This document shows positions 34,962-43,883 of a DNA stretch of 57,214 bases, piece after piece (the first letter of the stretch is position 1; each line of letters opens with the position of its first letter). The DNA is from a virus (Duplodnaviria; Caudoviricetes). Where the stretch lies: positions 1 through 57,214 of IMG/VR virus record IMGVR_UViG_3300030107_008096. One strand, 5' to 3'. The notes beneath the pieces are model-generated. The model searched no databases. It was given only the letters and a program-made list of their open reading frames with translations, and was not told the origin of the DNA. Position numbers and translations under genes: made by a program.

Positions 34962-35407
34962 AGTGGGTTTTAATATTATTACTAGCGTTGCTAAACTCGT
35001 GTGGACCACAGTTTGTACAAGACCCAAACGCAACAGTGTTTGTCACTTCCGAATATGACGACGGCTTTGGCAGTCTTGAGGTTAAGTGGATATACCCATT
35101 TCAAGAACCAGAGCGGTGTAAACCTCAAGTAGATTGTAGAGATAAAGATGAGTTATCCTGCTCTGTGGTATTATACGACGACTCTCTTAAATATATAAAA
35201 GAAGGAGATAAGCTAGCCTCCAAAAAGCTTTATCTGTCAGCGTCTATAGAATATTTACAAGCGCTTTCTCGCCTATATGAAGCAGAGATCAGGCTAGAGC
35301 GTGCCAAACACCTTAAAACGGGGTTTGCGAAAAAAGTACAAAAAAGAATATTAAAATGTGAGAAGACTTTACGCTCCTATGAGGCAAAGTATAGAAAAAA
35401 GACATAA
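34958..35407 (+). CDS. lipoprotein
   Basis: Signal peptide with LNSC. Confidence 0.65.
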   Translation: MKWVLILLLALLNSCGPQFVQDPNATVFVTSEYDDGFGSLEVKWIYPFQEPERCKPQVDCRDKDELSCSVVLYDDSLKYIKEGDKLASKKLYLSASIEYLQALSRLYEAEIRLERAKHLKTGFAKKVQKRILKCEKTLRSYEAKYRKKT

Positions 35408-35413
35408 ACTTTA

Positions 35414-35626
35414 ATGAAACTTCCAGCCGAAAAGAACAAAAGAAAATTTGCTGTTGGGGACCTAGTGCAGTTTGATGTATCAAGAGTGTTAGGAATAGTG
35501 ACAGACACACGAATCGCCCCAGCTTTTTTACCTTTAGAGGAGGTATTAGATGTAAAAGTGAATTGGGTCGATGGAGTGGAATTTTGGTGTTTGGAGTTTA
35601 CATTAAAGTTGATTTCTAGTAGATAA
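35414..35626 (+). CDS. KOW/SH3-like microprotein
   Basis: FAVGDLVQF...GIVTD...KVNWVDG...TLKLISSR. Confidence 0.75.
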   Translation: MKLPAEKNKRKFAVGDLVQFDVSRVLGIVTDTRIAPAFLPLEEVLDVKVNWVDGVEFWCLEFTLKLISSR

Positions 35627-35679
35627 GACTAGTTATAAGTTCAATAAAATAAAAAATGTTTAACAAAGGGGGCTTTATT

Positions 35680-36540
35680 ATGAGCTTTATTTATACTCTA
35701 CAAAAAGGGGACAAAGGGCAAGAAGTAAAAAGGTTACAAACCAAGCTTGGTATTGTTGCTGATGGCGATTTTGGCCCAAAAACAAACAAGGCAGTAGAAA
35801 CACACCAGTCTAGCGCTGGTTTGGTCGTCGACGGCCTGGCCGGCCCAAAAACACTTGGAAGTTTGGGAATTGAGATATTAGCCGGAATAGATGTTAGTGC
35901 ACACAACGGCACTGTTAATTGGAAGGAAGTTGCCTCTGCGGGGGTTAAGTTTGCCTGGGTAAAAGCCACCGAGGGACAAACTCATGTTAATAGAGGTTGG
36001 GTTAAAAGATATAATGGTGCATTAGAAAACAACATTATTGTAGGCGCCTACCATTTTGCGCGCCCGGATTTTAACAAATACGATACCCCAGAAGAGGACG
36101 CCCAGGCCGAATTTAAACATTTTCGGGATACCCTAGAGCAAGTTGGCGGGCTACAGTCCGGAAACTTAGTACCAGCGATAGACTTGGAGGCGGGAATGAA
36201 AACTGATGATCAGTATAATGCAAACTGGTATCTTGAGTGGCTACGCTTAACAGAAGAAGAGTGGGGTGTAAAAGGAATTGTATATACAGCTAGATGGGCA
36301 TGGAACTTATACACTCGTAACGCAAAAAAAGAAGATCGTGAAAAATTTACAGAGTACCCAGTTTGGTGGGCGAATTATATTCGAAAAGAGCCACTAGTTG
36401 GCCCAGAAGAGCAATTAAGGAATTGGAAAGAATGGGATGTATGGCAATATACGGGATGGGGATCATGCCCCGGGATTAAAGGAAATGTTGATCTTAACTG
36501 GATGGCTGGAAATCAGTTGCAAAAAGTTATAGTGCCATAA
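35680..36540 (+). CDS. endolysin: peptidoglycan-binding domain plus GH25 muramidase
   Basis: DGDFGPKT/DGLAGPKT; GIDVS, KATEG, GAYHF, DLE, WQYT, VDLN. Confidence 0.92.
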   Translation: MSFIYTLQKGDKGQEVKRLQTKLGIVADGDFGPKTNKAVETHQSSAGLVVDGLAGPKTLGSLGIEILAGIDVSAHNGTVNWKEVASAGVKFAWVKATEGQTHVNRGWVKRYNGALENNIIVGAYHFARPDFNKYDTPEEDAQAEFKHFRDTLEQVGGLQSGNLVPAIDLEAGMKTDDQYNANWYLEWLRLTEEEWGVKGIVYTARWAWNLYTRNAKKEDREKFTEYPVWWANYIRKEPLVGPEEQLRNWKEWDVWQYTGWGSCPGIKGNVDLNWMAGNQLQKVIVP

Positions 36541-36623
36541 ATTGCACTAGGGCCGGCAATTGCTAAATAATAGTTTTTAATCATTCTTAATACTATTTAT
36601 TAGCAAAGGAAAAGGTAAATTTT

Positions 36624-37292
36624 ATGAGCAAAGGCCCTTCAAAAAACCAAATAAAAGAAATTATCTTAGAAGAGTTGATAGCGATACTGCTCGAAAGAAA
36701 AATGATAACAGAGCAGCAATTACTTGAAGAAGATATGTCTAACCTTATTTCTAGATTATTGCCAGGAAGTTCGGAGAGATCTTGGAGAAAGTGGCTCAAG
36801 AAGAACCCAGAAGACGAAGAAGAAATTGAAGCAGCCTTACAAACTCAGGGACCAGCTGGCGCTGCCAAAGTCGCTCAAGAATTAAGCGATGAAGATATTA
36901 TAAGTGTAGAGCCGGCTAAAAAGCCAGGGCCCGCACCAGAATCACCACCTCGACTACCAGCCAGTGCACTAGTACAGAGAAAAGATGTTATTATATTGCC
37001 GAAATCTACGGCTAGTCTTAAAAGAATAGTAGCCAGGATGGTGAACTGGGTTCTAGATGAGACCAACTGGGAGCACCAAGAATGGGATGCCCCTTCTCAG
37101 ACTAGTCCTGTTACTGGTACAATTATTGTTAAAATGATTAATTATCTCCGGCACCTCTCTGGAAACACCGCTTACGCTAAAGAATATTTGCAAGAAAATA
37201 AAACAAACTTAATTTACATTAAAGAATCTAGATTAAAAGAAATATTAACTAAAGAAATACAAGAGAAAGCCCAAGAATGGCATGCCCGATAA
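36624..37292 (+). CDS. hypothetical protein with tag-like helices
   Basis: SKNQIKEIILEEL at N-terminus and ESRLKEILTKEIQE at C-terminus. Confidence 0.7.
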   Translation: MSKGPSKNQIKEIILEELIAILLERKMITEQQLLEEDMSNLISRLLPGSSERSWRKWLKKNPEDEEEIEAALQTQGPAGAAKVAQELSDEDIISVEPAKKPGPAPESPPRLPASALVQRKDVIILPKSTASLKRIVARMVNWVLDETNWEHQEWDAPSQTSPVTGTIIVKMINYLRHLSGNTAYAKEYLQENKTNLIYIKESRLKEILTKEIQEKAQEWHAR

Positions 37293-38476
37293 AAAATAAT
37301 ACACAGTATGACCTTTCTGGAGTCGAGCCGTTAGCAAAAGACCTCTATTCTTTTACACAAAAGCGCGTAGGATTTAATAGGCCACCAACAATTGTTTTTG
37401 ATTCAGATCCAGAAAATGCAGAGAACCCTTTAGGAAAAACTGCGTATTATGATCCATCTTCGTATAAAGTTGTGGTTTTTGTTGATGATCGACACCCAAA
37501 AGATATATTAAGATCGCTCGCACACGAGTTAATACATCATGGGCAAAATTGCCGCGGCGAGTTTGAAGGGGGAATGGAAACTGGTCCGGGATATGCCCAA
37601 AAAGATTCGCATATGCGCGAAATGGAACGAGAGGCTTATGAGCAGGGCAACTTATGCTTAAGAGATTGGGAAGATCAAAGGAAGAATAGCCTTCAAGAGA
37701 CTATTTATTATACTGATAGGAGATTTGGACGTATGTCACTAAAAGAATGGAAAAATAACAAAATAAATTCACTTTTGATGAAGAAATTTGGCCTTATGTC
37801 TGAAGGTCTGGGTGCCGCCTCGGATTGGCATGATTATGAAGCATCACAACGAGTGCGCGAAGAAAATGATGAAAACGATGAAGAAGGGGAAGAAAAAGAA
37901 ATTATCGAACCAAAAACAGAACCCCCGCAAAGCCCGGAAAGTAAAGCTAAGCATAAACCGTCAGAAAGAGAACCTTTAAAAGAGGAAGATGAGGTATTAA
38001 GCGAAACAGGTACAAAAGGCCTGCGCGAAACTATACATGATGCAATTAATAAGGTTTTAAAAGAAAAAAATGTAGCGTATTTAAGAGACATTTCAAATAT
38101 GCGTCGCGACGACAAAGAAGAGAAAGAGACAACTCAAAAATCATTAGAGCCGATAAAAGTTAACAAACCTAAAGAGCCGGCCTCACAATATCCAGAGGAG
38201 GTTGATTTTAGCTACCCAGCATATGATAGAGATGACGACGAAGAGCTACAAAATGAAGGGGATCAATTTGAAGATCTTCTTGTTCAAGCTGAAGGGGCTA
38301 GTGTGGACCCAGCAGTAGTTGAAGCCGCTAAAGTAGAGTTTCTAGAAAACAATATAGAAGAGGCTGTCTCAATGTTAAACCAGGCCCTGAGTGGCGGCGC
38401 CACAGAAGAAGAGCCTATCAAAGAATGGCACAACAATACATTGCTCAATAAGCTTACAAACTTATGGGCGAAATAA
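37277..38476 (+). CDS. zincin-like (HELIH) domain with acidic disordered tail
   Basis: LRSLAHELIH...EREAY. Confidence 0.7.
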   Translation: MACPIKNNTQYDLSGVEPLAKDLYSFTQKRVGFNRPPTIVFDSDPENAENPLGKTAYYDPSSYKVVVFVDDRHPKDILRSLAHELIHHGQNCRGEFEGGMETGPGYAQKDSHMREMEREAYEQGNLCLRDWEDQRKNSLQETIYYTDRRFGRMSLKEWKNNKINSLLMKKFGLMSEGLGAASDWHDYEASQRVREENDENDEEGEEKEIIEPKTEPPQSPESKAKHKPSEREPLKEEDEVLSETGTKGLRETIHDAINKVLKEKNVAYLRDISNMRRDDKEEKETTQKSLEPIKVNKPKEPASQYPEEVDFSYPAYDRDDDEELQNEGDQFEDLLVQAEGASVDPAVVEAAKVEFLENNIEEAVSMLNQALSGGATEEEPIKEWHNNTLLNKLTNLWAK

Positions 38477-38487
38477 GGGAATAAACA

Positions 38488-38697
38488 ATGGCACATTCAT
38501 CAGATAATTTTTCAGATAACGGAGATTTTGTTATTGAGAACTATCAGAAGCTTTCCGATCAACATGATAAAGATGATGCGATAGCGCAAGTGCCTATTTT
38601 TTTTAATATCAAAAGCGTGCCTTCGCTTAGAAGTAGAATGAAGCCATATATGGTATCCATAGAAGGCGATCCACTAAACATTGCAAAAATTGAATAA
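38488..38697 (+). CDS. hypothetical protein
   Basis: AGGGA SD; 69 aa. Confidence 0.65.
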   Translation: MAHSSDNFSDNGDFVIENYQKLSDQHDKDDAIAQVPIFFNIKSVPSLRSRMKPYMVSIEGDPLNIAKIE

Positions 38698-38710
38698 GGA
38701 GAAATAAATC

Positions 38711-38917
38711 ATGGCAAGTGTTAAAAAAAGAAAACGGCGCCGCAAGGCATATTACGAGAAAAAAGCAGCTGCAGCCGCACCAGAACAAGTGGCAGAGGTT
38801 GTTGCGCCAGCCGACACACCAGCTGACACGGCCCCAGAGGTGCAAACCGAAAAGCCGAAAAAACCAGCACGAAAGCGCAAAATATTTTCAAGAAAGAAAA
38901 AAACACAGGGTGAGTAA
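38711..38917 (+). CDS. small basic, Ala/Pro-rich protein
   Basis: AAGGAG SD; basic termini. Confidence 0.7.
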   Translation: MASVKKRKRRRKAYYEKKAAAAAPEQVAEVVAPADTPADTAPEVQTEKPKKPARKRKIFSRKKKTQGE

Positions 38918-38920
38918 GCA

Positions 38921-41230
38921 ATGGGTGGTGTTGCCAAGCATTTAATGCATCTTTATGATGATAGGACTTTAACCTATAATAAAATTAAAAAGATTTTATC
39001 CATGGCCTCCGGAGGTGCGTTAGAGGGTACGGAAAAGACAGACGGTTTTAATATATATTTAGGTATAAAAAACGATAAAGGTGTTTGGGCACCAGCGTGG
39101 GCCAGGAACAAAGGGGACATGAAGGCCCAAGGGCGCACATTTGCAGAGCTGGCCGGCCGAAAATTTGCCGGCGGGGAGAAGGTTAAAAAGGTCTATTTAG
39201 ACGCGTTTAGAGCCTATCAGAAGGCAGTTAACTCTCTTAATGGGAGTCAGATAGCGGCCATTTTTGGAGAAAATACCAATATTTTTTATAACACAGAGAT
39301 TCAGGGCCCCGGGGCATCGAATGTTGTAAATTATGACAAAAACATTATTTCTATACACCACGTTAACCATAAAATATATAATCCAGAAACTGACCAACTA
39401 GAGCTTGTCGATGCATCAAAGAATTCTAAAATTTTAGATGAATTGATTAATCAATTTGAACAAGCAACATCTGACGAAGATTTTTCTATTCGAAGAACTG
39501 CACTTTTACAGCTTAATAAATTACAAGATGATTATGATTTGAATATTGCATTACAAAGAATGCAAAAGGCCGGCTTTGTGGGGAACATGACGATAGGGGA
39601 ATTCTTAGAAATATATTTATCCAGCGAGACGGAAAGAAAGCTAAACTTTTTAAGCCCGGATATCCAACAAGACGTCGTTGATAGAATATTAGAAAAAGAT
39701 GACTTTAGATCTTTAACACAAATATATAAAGGGTTTCCAATAGACGTTAAGCAACGCATCAAACAACATGTTACTAATGGATCAAAGATGATTAAAGAAG
39801 CCATATGGCCAATTGAAACAGCGATCCATGATTTTGCGGTTGAGCTTTTAAAAGGGCTCAAAAGCGCATATATATTGGACGAAAACAATGAGGCCGAATT
39901 AAAAAGAGTAAAAGACGAAGTAGAACAAGCAATCAGAACCATCCAGGCATACCAAGGTCCACAAAAAGAAGAGGCACACCAAATATTGCGCGACCAGCTA
40001 GAAAAATTAAAACATCATGACAAGATTACAACAGTAGTGGAAGGTTTTGTTTTTCAGGTAGGTGATCAACTATATAAGTTTACTGGAAATTTTGCACCAG
40101 TTAACCAGCTTCTTGGTCTTTTTAAATACGGAAGAGGAAAGATTCCGCCTTTTAAACAAGAACCTAGTCAAAAAATTGGCGAACAACCAATGGAAGAGCC
40201 AAATATTGAGGAATCAGCACAAACATATGCAATTATCCCCGGTAAGTTCAAGCCACCGCACCGCGGCCATCTAGACATGGTTAAACATTACGCGACTTTA
40301 GCAGATAAGGTTATTATATTAATTTCACCACTAGCTAAAAAGACGCCGCGCGGACAAGAGATCACAGCAGCAGATTCCGTTAAAATATGGCAAATATATT
40401 TAAATGCGGCTGGTATAACCAATGTAGATACAGAAATTTCTGAATATAATTCACCAGTACAGGCCGCTATTGAATACGGTAACAATCCAAAAATTGCAGG
40501 AAGTAAAATTTTACTGGGTTCGAGCACAAAAGGTGGAGACGCTGCCGCAAGGTTTGGTAGAAACATTCAAAAATATACTCCAGATGTTGAAATAATTGAT
40601 CCGCTAAAATATGCTTATGAACCAATTGGGGAAGAACTACATGCATCAGATTTTCGAACTATTATCGATGACCCAGAAGCTATAGCAGTAGGGGCTCATC
40701 TTAAATACATCCCGGAAGAGGCTGAAAATAATATAGCAGACATTTTAAGTATATTTGAAGCTAGTATGTTAGAAGAGGAGGTTAACCCACTTCCTGTGGG
40801 AATATTTCTTGGGCTAGTAGAGCGCCAATATTCCAAACAGGTACATGCCGCAAGTTCGCGAGCATATGCCATGCTTAAGGAGCGAACTAGCATCGAAAGC
40901 GAGTTGGCAAAATTAGAAAAAGAGCCGGCGATTGAAAAAGAAGAAGAAGAGAAAGAAAAAAAAGAAGCAGATTTAGAAGACACACAAGATAAACTTAAAG
41001 CACAAGCAGAAAAAGAAAGAGAAGAAATTATCACAGAACCAGAAGAGGAACTTGAAGAAGCTTCTAGCATGGCGGCCGGAAATATAGCAGGGGGGATGAC
41101 AAAGCCGCCATTCGCCGGCCTCAGTGTTGATAAAGAAAACGAAGAAGAGAAAAAAAGATCAAAACTAGATGATAAAAACAAGCTAGTTAAAGAACTTTAT
41201 GACTATTTATTAAGAGCAGGAGCACATTAA
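38921..41230 (+). CDS. multidomain protein: N-terminal ligase-like phage domain plus cytidyltransferase-like (HxGH) domain
   Basis: HLMHLYD, TEKTDG, EGFVF..YKFTG; PGKFKPPHRGH...HASDFR. Confidence 0.75.
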   Translation: MGGVAKHLMHLYDDRTLTYNKIKKILSMASGGALEGTEKTDGFNIYLGIKNDKGVWAPAWARNKGDMKAQGRTFAELAGRKFAGGEKVKKVYLDAFRAYQKAVNSLNGSQIAAIFGENTNIFYNTEIQGPGASNVVNYDKNIISIHHVNHKIYNPETDQLELVDASKNSKILDELINQFEQATSDEDFSIRRTALLQLNKLQDDYDLNIALQRMQKAGFVGNMTIGEFLEIYLSSETERKLNFLSPDIQQDVVDRILEKDDFRSLTQIYKGFPIDVKQRIKQHVTNGSKMIKEAIWPIETAIHDFAVELLKGLKSAYILDENNEAELKRVKDEVEQAIRTIQAYQGPQKEEAHQILRDQLEKLKHHDKITTVVEGFVFQVGDQLYKFTGNFAPVNQLLGLFKYGRGKIPPFKQEPSQKIGEQPMEEPNIEESAQTYAIIPGKFKPPHRGHLDMVKHYATLADKVIILISPLAKKTPRGQEITAADSVKIWQIYLNAAGITNVDTEISEYNSPVQAAIEYGNNPKIAGSKILLGSSTKGGDAAARFGRNIQKYTPDVEIIDPLKYAYEPIGEELHASDFRTIIDDPEAIAVGAHLKYIPEEAENNIADILSIFEASMLEEEVNPLPVGIFLGLVERQYSKQVHAASSRAYAMLKERTSIESELAKLEKEPAIEKEEEEKEKKEADLEDTQDKLKAQAEKEREEIITEPEEELEEASSMAAGNIAGGMTKPPFAGLSVDKENEEEKKRSKLDDKNKLVKELYDYLLRAGAH

Positions 41231-41973
41231 TGCATATTAATAGAGAACAATTTTTAAACGAGCTTAAACTTAGAAAGCAAATAAGGCGCGCAATCGGCGT
41301 TATAAAGAAGAAAAAATTAAATGAAGAAACGAAACTTCGCTCCTTGATTCGAAGTCTGATCTTACAAGAAGCGCAAGCGACTGATATTCCAACAGAGGTA
41401 CCCCATAAATCAACAGGCATTAATGTCTTAGAAGACCTACTTAAAAAAATCATTCCAGTCTTAGAAGATGATTTTAAATCTCTGACTACGGACGAGACTC
41501 AGAGGGTTTCGTTTAGATCTCATATTATTATGGCGGTTAAAAATTCACTAGCAGCTCCAAAAGTAAATGTACAGGCTGGTGGAGATGGTGAAAAAGAAAA
41601 ATTTGTTCCAATTAAAGAACAAGATATTAACGTCAAAGTACAAGATGATGCAGACGTGGGCGAAGAAGCTTTTATTGACATTGAGCCAGAAGAAGAAGTA
41701 GAAAAAGATCCGAAAGAAGATTTTGGAATTCCAGGCGAAGATGAAACTGGCCGCAACGTTGCATATGCTAGTTACAATAAGGTGGAAAAAAACATTCTTG
41801 ATTCATATGATGTCCTTTCAAATGAAGAAGATAGAGAGACATTTTATGATTATTTGATAACAAATCTTAAGTTGTATTTTGATAAATTTGAAGACGAACT
41901 ACAAACTTCCGTACAAGAGCCAACGACACCAGAATACGAAGCGGCCGAAGAGCCAGAACCAGCTAGTCTATAA
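41230..41973 (+). CDS. acidic hypothetical protein
   Basis: Late motif at 41203, AGGAG SD; ETKLRSLIRSLILQE helix. Confidence 0.75.
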   Translation: MHINREQFLNELKLRKQIRRAIGVIKKKKLNEETKLRSLIRSLILQEAQATDIPTEVPHKSTGINVLEDLLKKIIPVLEDDFKSLTTDETQRVSFRSHIIMAVKNSLAAPKVNVQAGGDGEKEKFVPIKEQDINVKVQDDADVGEEAFIDIEPEEEVEKDPKEDFGIPGEDETGRNVAYASYNKVEKNILDSYDVLSNEEDRETFYDYLITNLKLYFDKFEDELQTSVQEPTTPEYEAAEEPEPASL

Positions 41974-42176
41974 AAAAATTAAATTTCACCTATAACATCA
42001 TACATTTATTTTTTTTTATATTTTACAGCTCTAAGTTTTAAAAATCAGCTCTAACATTATTTTTTTAAAATTATCAATTACTTTGAATCAATAAAAATTA
42101 ATTAGGATTGTATCATACCTGTGCAGCTTTGTTAAATAAAGCTTTCTTTCTTTTAAAAAAAATGTTACTATAAATT

Positions 42177-42560
42177 ATGACCTGGAACAAAAAACGAAGA
42201 ACTCCTGGAAAAAACAGGTATTATAGCTTGTCTAAAAAACTTCGAAGAGAATCAAAAACAAATGACGAATTTGAAGCAATGGTTGACAATTTAAGCTTGG
42301 AAGAAATAATAGGACTTAAGCTTGAATTGGCCTCGAAGCACTTTGGCGGTAAAATGTATGGCATACCTATTTGGAGTTCGTTAAAAAATATTGTACAAGA
42401 TGCCATATTGAAATATACTATGTCGGCCACGCGAACAAAAAAAGAAGCTTCGCGATTTTTAGGACTTACGCCAGCCGATTTAAACAAATTGTTAAAAAAA
42501 TATAACGTCGAGAATTATTTCGAAAAAAATGATAAAAATGAGTTGACTAGTGAGTTATAA
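42177..42560 (+). CDS. Fis-like helix-turn-helix protein
   Basis: DAILKYTM...TKKEASRFLGL....LNKLLKKY. Confidence 0.65.
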   Translation: MTWNKKRRTPGKNRYYSLSKKLRRESKTNDEFEAMVDNLSLEEIIGLKLELASKHFGGKMYGIPIWSSLKNIVQDAILKYTMSATRTKKEASRFLGLTPADLNKLLKKYNVENYFEKNDKNELTSEL

Positions 42561-42571
42561 TAAGATATGAT
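42543..42571 (+). promoter_or_regulatory. sigma70-type promoter upstream of the ncRNA/tmRNA
   Basis: TTGACT-17-TATGAT. Confidence 0.65.
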
Positions 42572-42635
42572 TATATATATATGGAACGCGGAGGTTACTG
42601 TGCTTATTAGTTAAATTTTAATATAAAGATACAGG

Positions 42636-42779
42636 AAGCTTATGGCCTATAGAGTGTTAATTATAAGCTTAAAGAAAAACATATGACATGTCTTCAATGA
42701 CTCTCCTGAAGATGAACAGCTGTTATTGATTAAAAGGAGTCTAGCCTTGTTGGAGCGAAGATTCAACACACTCTATAGG
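42636..42779 (+). ncRNA. candidate structured RNA upstream of tmRNA
   Basis: 12-bp CCTATAGAGTGT/ACACTCTATAGG pairing plus three hairpins. Confidence 0.45.
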
Positions 42780-42800
42780 AATTTTGTTCTTTAAAAATAT

Positions 42801-43111
42801 GGGGGCGAAACGGTTTCGACAAAGTAATTGACGATGTTACCGTGCAAGGCTGTGTGAGTAACACAGTAAAAATGCTCAAACTTTATAAATGCCAACGATA
42901 ACGTTGAATTTGATTACGCTATAGCTGCGTAATTACGGGGTGGCAACAACCTTGTTAAACAAAGTTGCAACTTAAAGGGTTTGTTTATTTTCCTTAACTA
43001 AAAATATATTTTTTTATTTAGTAAGCTCGTTGGGGCTATATCCAAGCAACCTTGTAATTCGCGGAACGTTTTGAAATATTTTGGACCTGGGTTCGACTCC
43101 CAGCGCCTCCA
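42801..43111 (+). ncRNA. ssrA: tmRNA; tag (A)ANDNVEFDYAIAA
   Basis: 5' GGGGGCGAAACGGTTTCGAC, 3' GGGTTCGACTCCCAGCGCCTCCA with G3-U70; tag ORF 42891-42932. Confidence 0.95.
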
Positions 43112-43133
43112 CTTAAAGTTACTAAGGATACAT

Positions 43134-43334
43134 ATGGGAAAGATTACAGAAACAATTTCGAAAATTCAAAAAGAGGAGAATATAACCCTTCCAGAATTAT
43201 TCGAAAAATATCCACATTTGGCAAAGCTTCAATATGAAGAGCAATTAGAAGAACAAAGTGTTTGTAAAAACACAACTTGTAAAAACACAAGCTGCAAAAA
43301 TAAAAAATGTAGCAAAACATTACTTTGTGATTAA
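43134..43334 (+). CDS. hypothetical protein with CKNTT-type repeats
   Basis: AAGGA SD; 15-bp tandem repeats at ~43262-43320. Confidence 0.65.
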   Translation: MGKITETISKIQKEENITLPELFEKYPHLAKLQYEEQLEEQSVCKNTTCKNTSCKNKKCSKTLLCD

Positions 43335-43352
43335 AATAGAAGGAGAAATATC

Positions 43353-43436
43353 ATGGGTGGTTTAGTAGAATTCGTAGTTGTATTGGCGGTAGGGTTTGCT
43401 ATAGGAGTCGCTTTGACTAAAAAAGGCGTTCTATAA
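43353..43436 (+). CDS. 27-aa membrane peptide
   Basis: AAGGAG SD; MGGLVEFVVVLAVGFAIGVALTKKGVL. Confidence 0.6.
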   Translation: MGGLVEFVVVLAVGFAIGVALTKKGVL

Positions 43437-43693
43437 TGGAAGAGCAACAATCGAAATCATGGGATACAGCAGCAACTTTCGAAACTTATAAAGAGGCAGA
43501 TCAAAAAAGAAATGAATTAAAGGAAGAGTTTGATTTAGTCAAAGTAAGAAGATGCGGCAAAGGTGGCAATCTTTTCAGAGTTAAAACCTGGAGTGAACCA
43601 AAGAAGCCCATTGAAAAAAATAAGAAGAAAAACAAAGCGCACCGAAAAGATAAGAAAGCGGTTAATCATGGTAACAAAAATATTCGCAGTTGA
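43436..43693 (+). CDS. hypothetical protein
   Basis: TAATG coupling; 85 aa. Confidence 0.65.
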   Translation: MEEQQSKSWDTAATFETYKEADQKRNELKEEFDLVKVRRCGKGGNLFRVKTWSEPKKPIEKNKKKNKAHRKDKKAVNHGNKNIRS

Positions 43694-43874
43694 TAGAAAA
43701 GGTAAGAAATTTTTTATTGGCTCGGTTGTCGAATATAAAAATAATCTGTATTCTGTTGAGGATATGCTTTTTACCGCAAATCCACGCGATCAATATATAA
43801 CCATAAAACAAAAAAACAACAAGTACAAAGTATTGGAATATATTTTACCAGAAGACGTTGTTTTAAGAGCATAG
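43668..43874 (+). CDS. KOW/SH3-like small protein
   Basis: DRKGKKFFIGSVVEY. Confidence 0.6.
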   Translation: MVTKIFAVDRKGKKFFIGSVVEYKNNLYSVEDMLFTANPRDQYITIKQKNNKYKVLEYILPEDVVLRA

Positions 43875-43883
43875 TTTATAAAA

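Noticed and set aside
42642-42794. ORF MAYRVL...(TGA)...FNTLYRNFVL as a third readthrough gene
   Set aside because: Short, interrupted, and coincident with strong RNA pairings; a non-coding interpretation is preferred but not proven
43071-43133. N-terminal part of ORF 43071..43334
   Set aside because: Overlaps the tmRNA 3' end; an SD supports ATG 43134 instead
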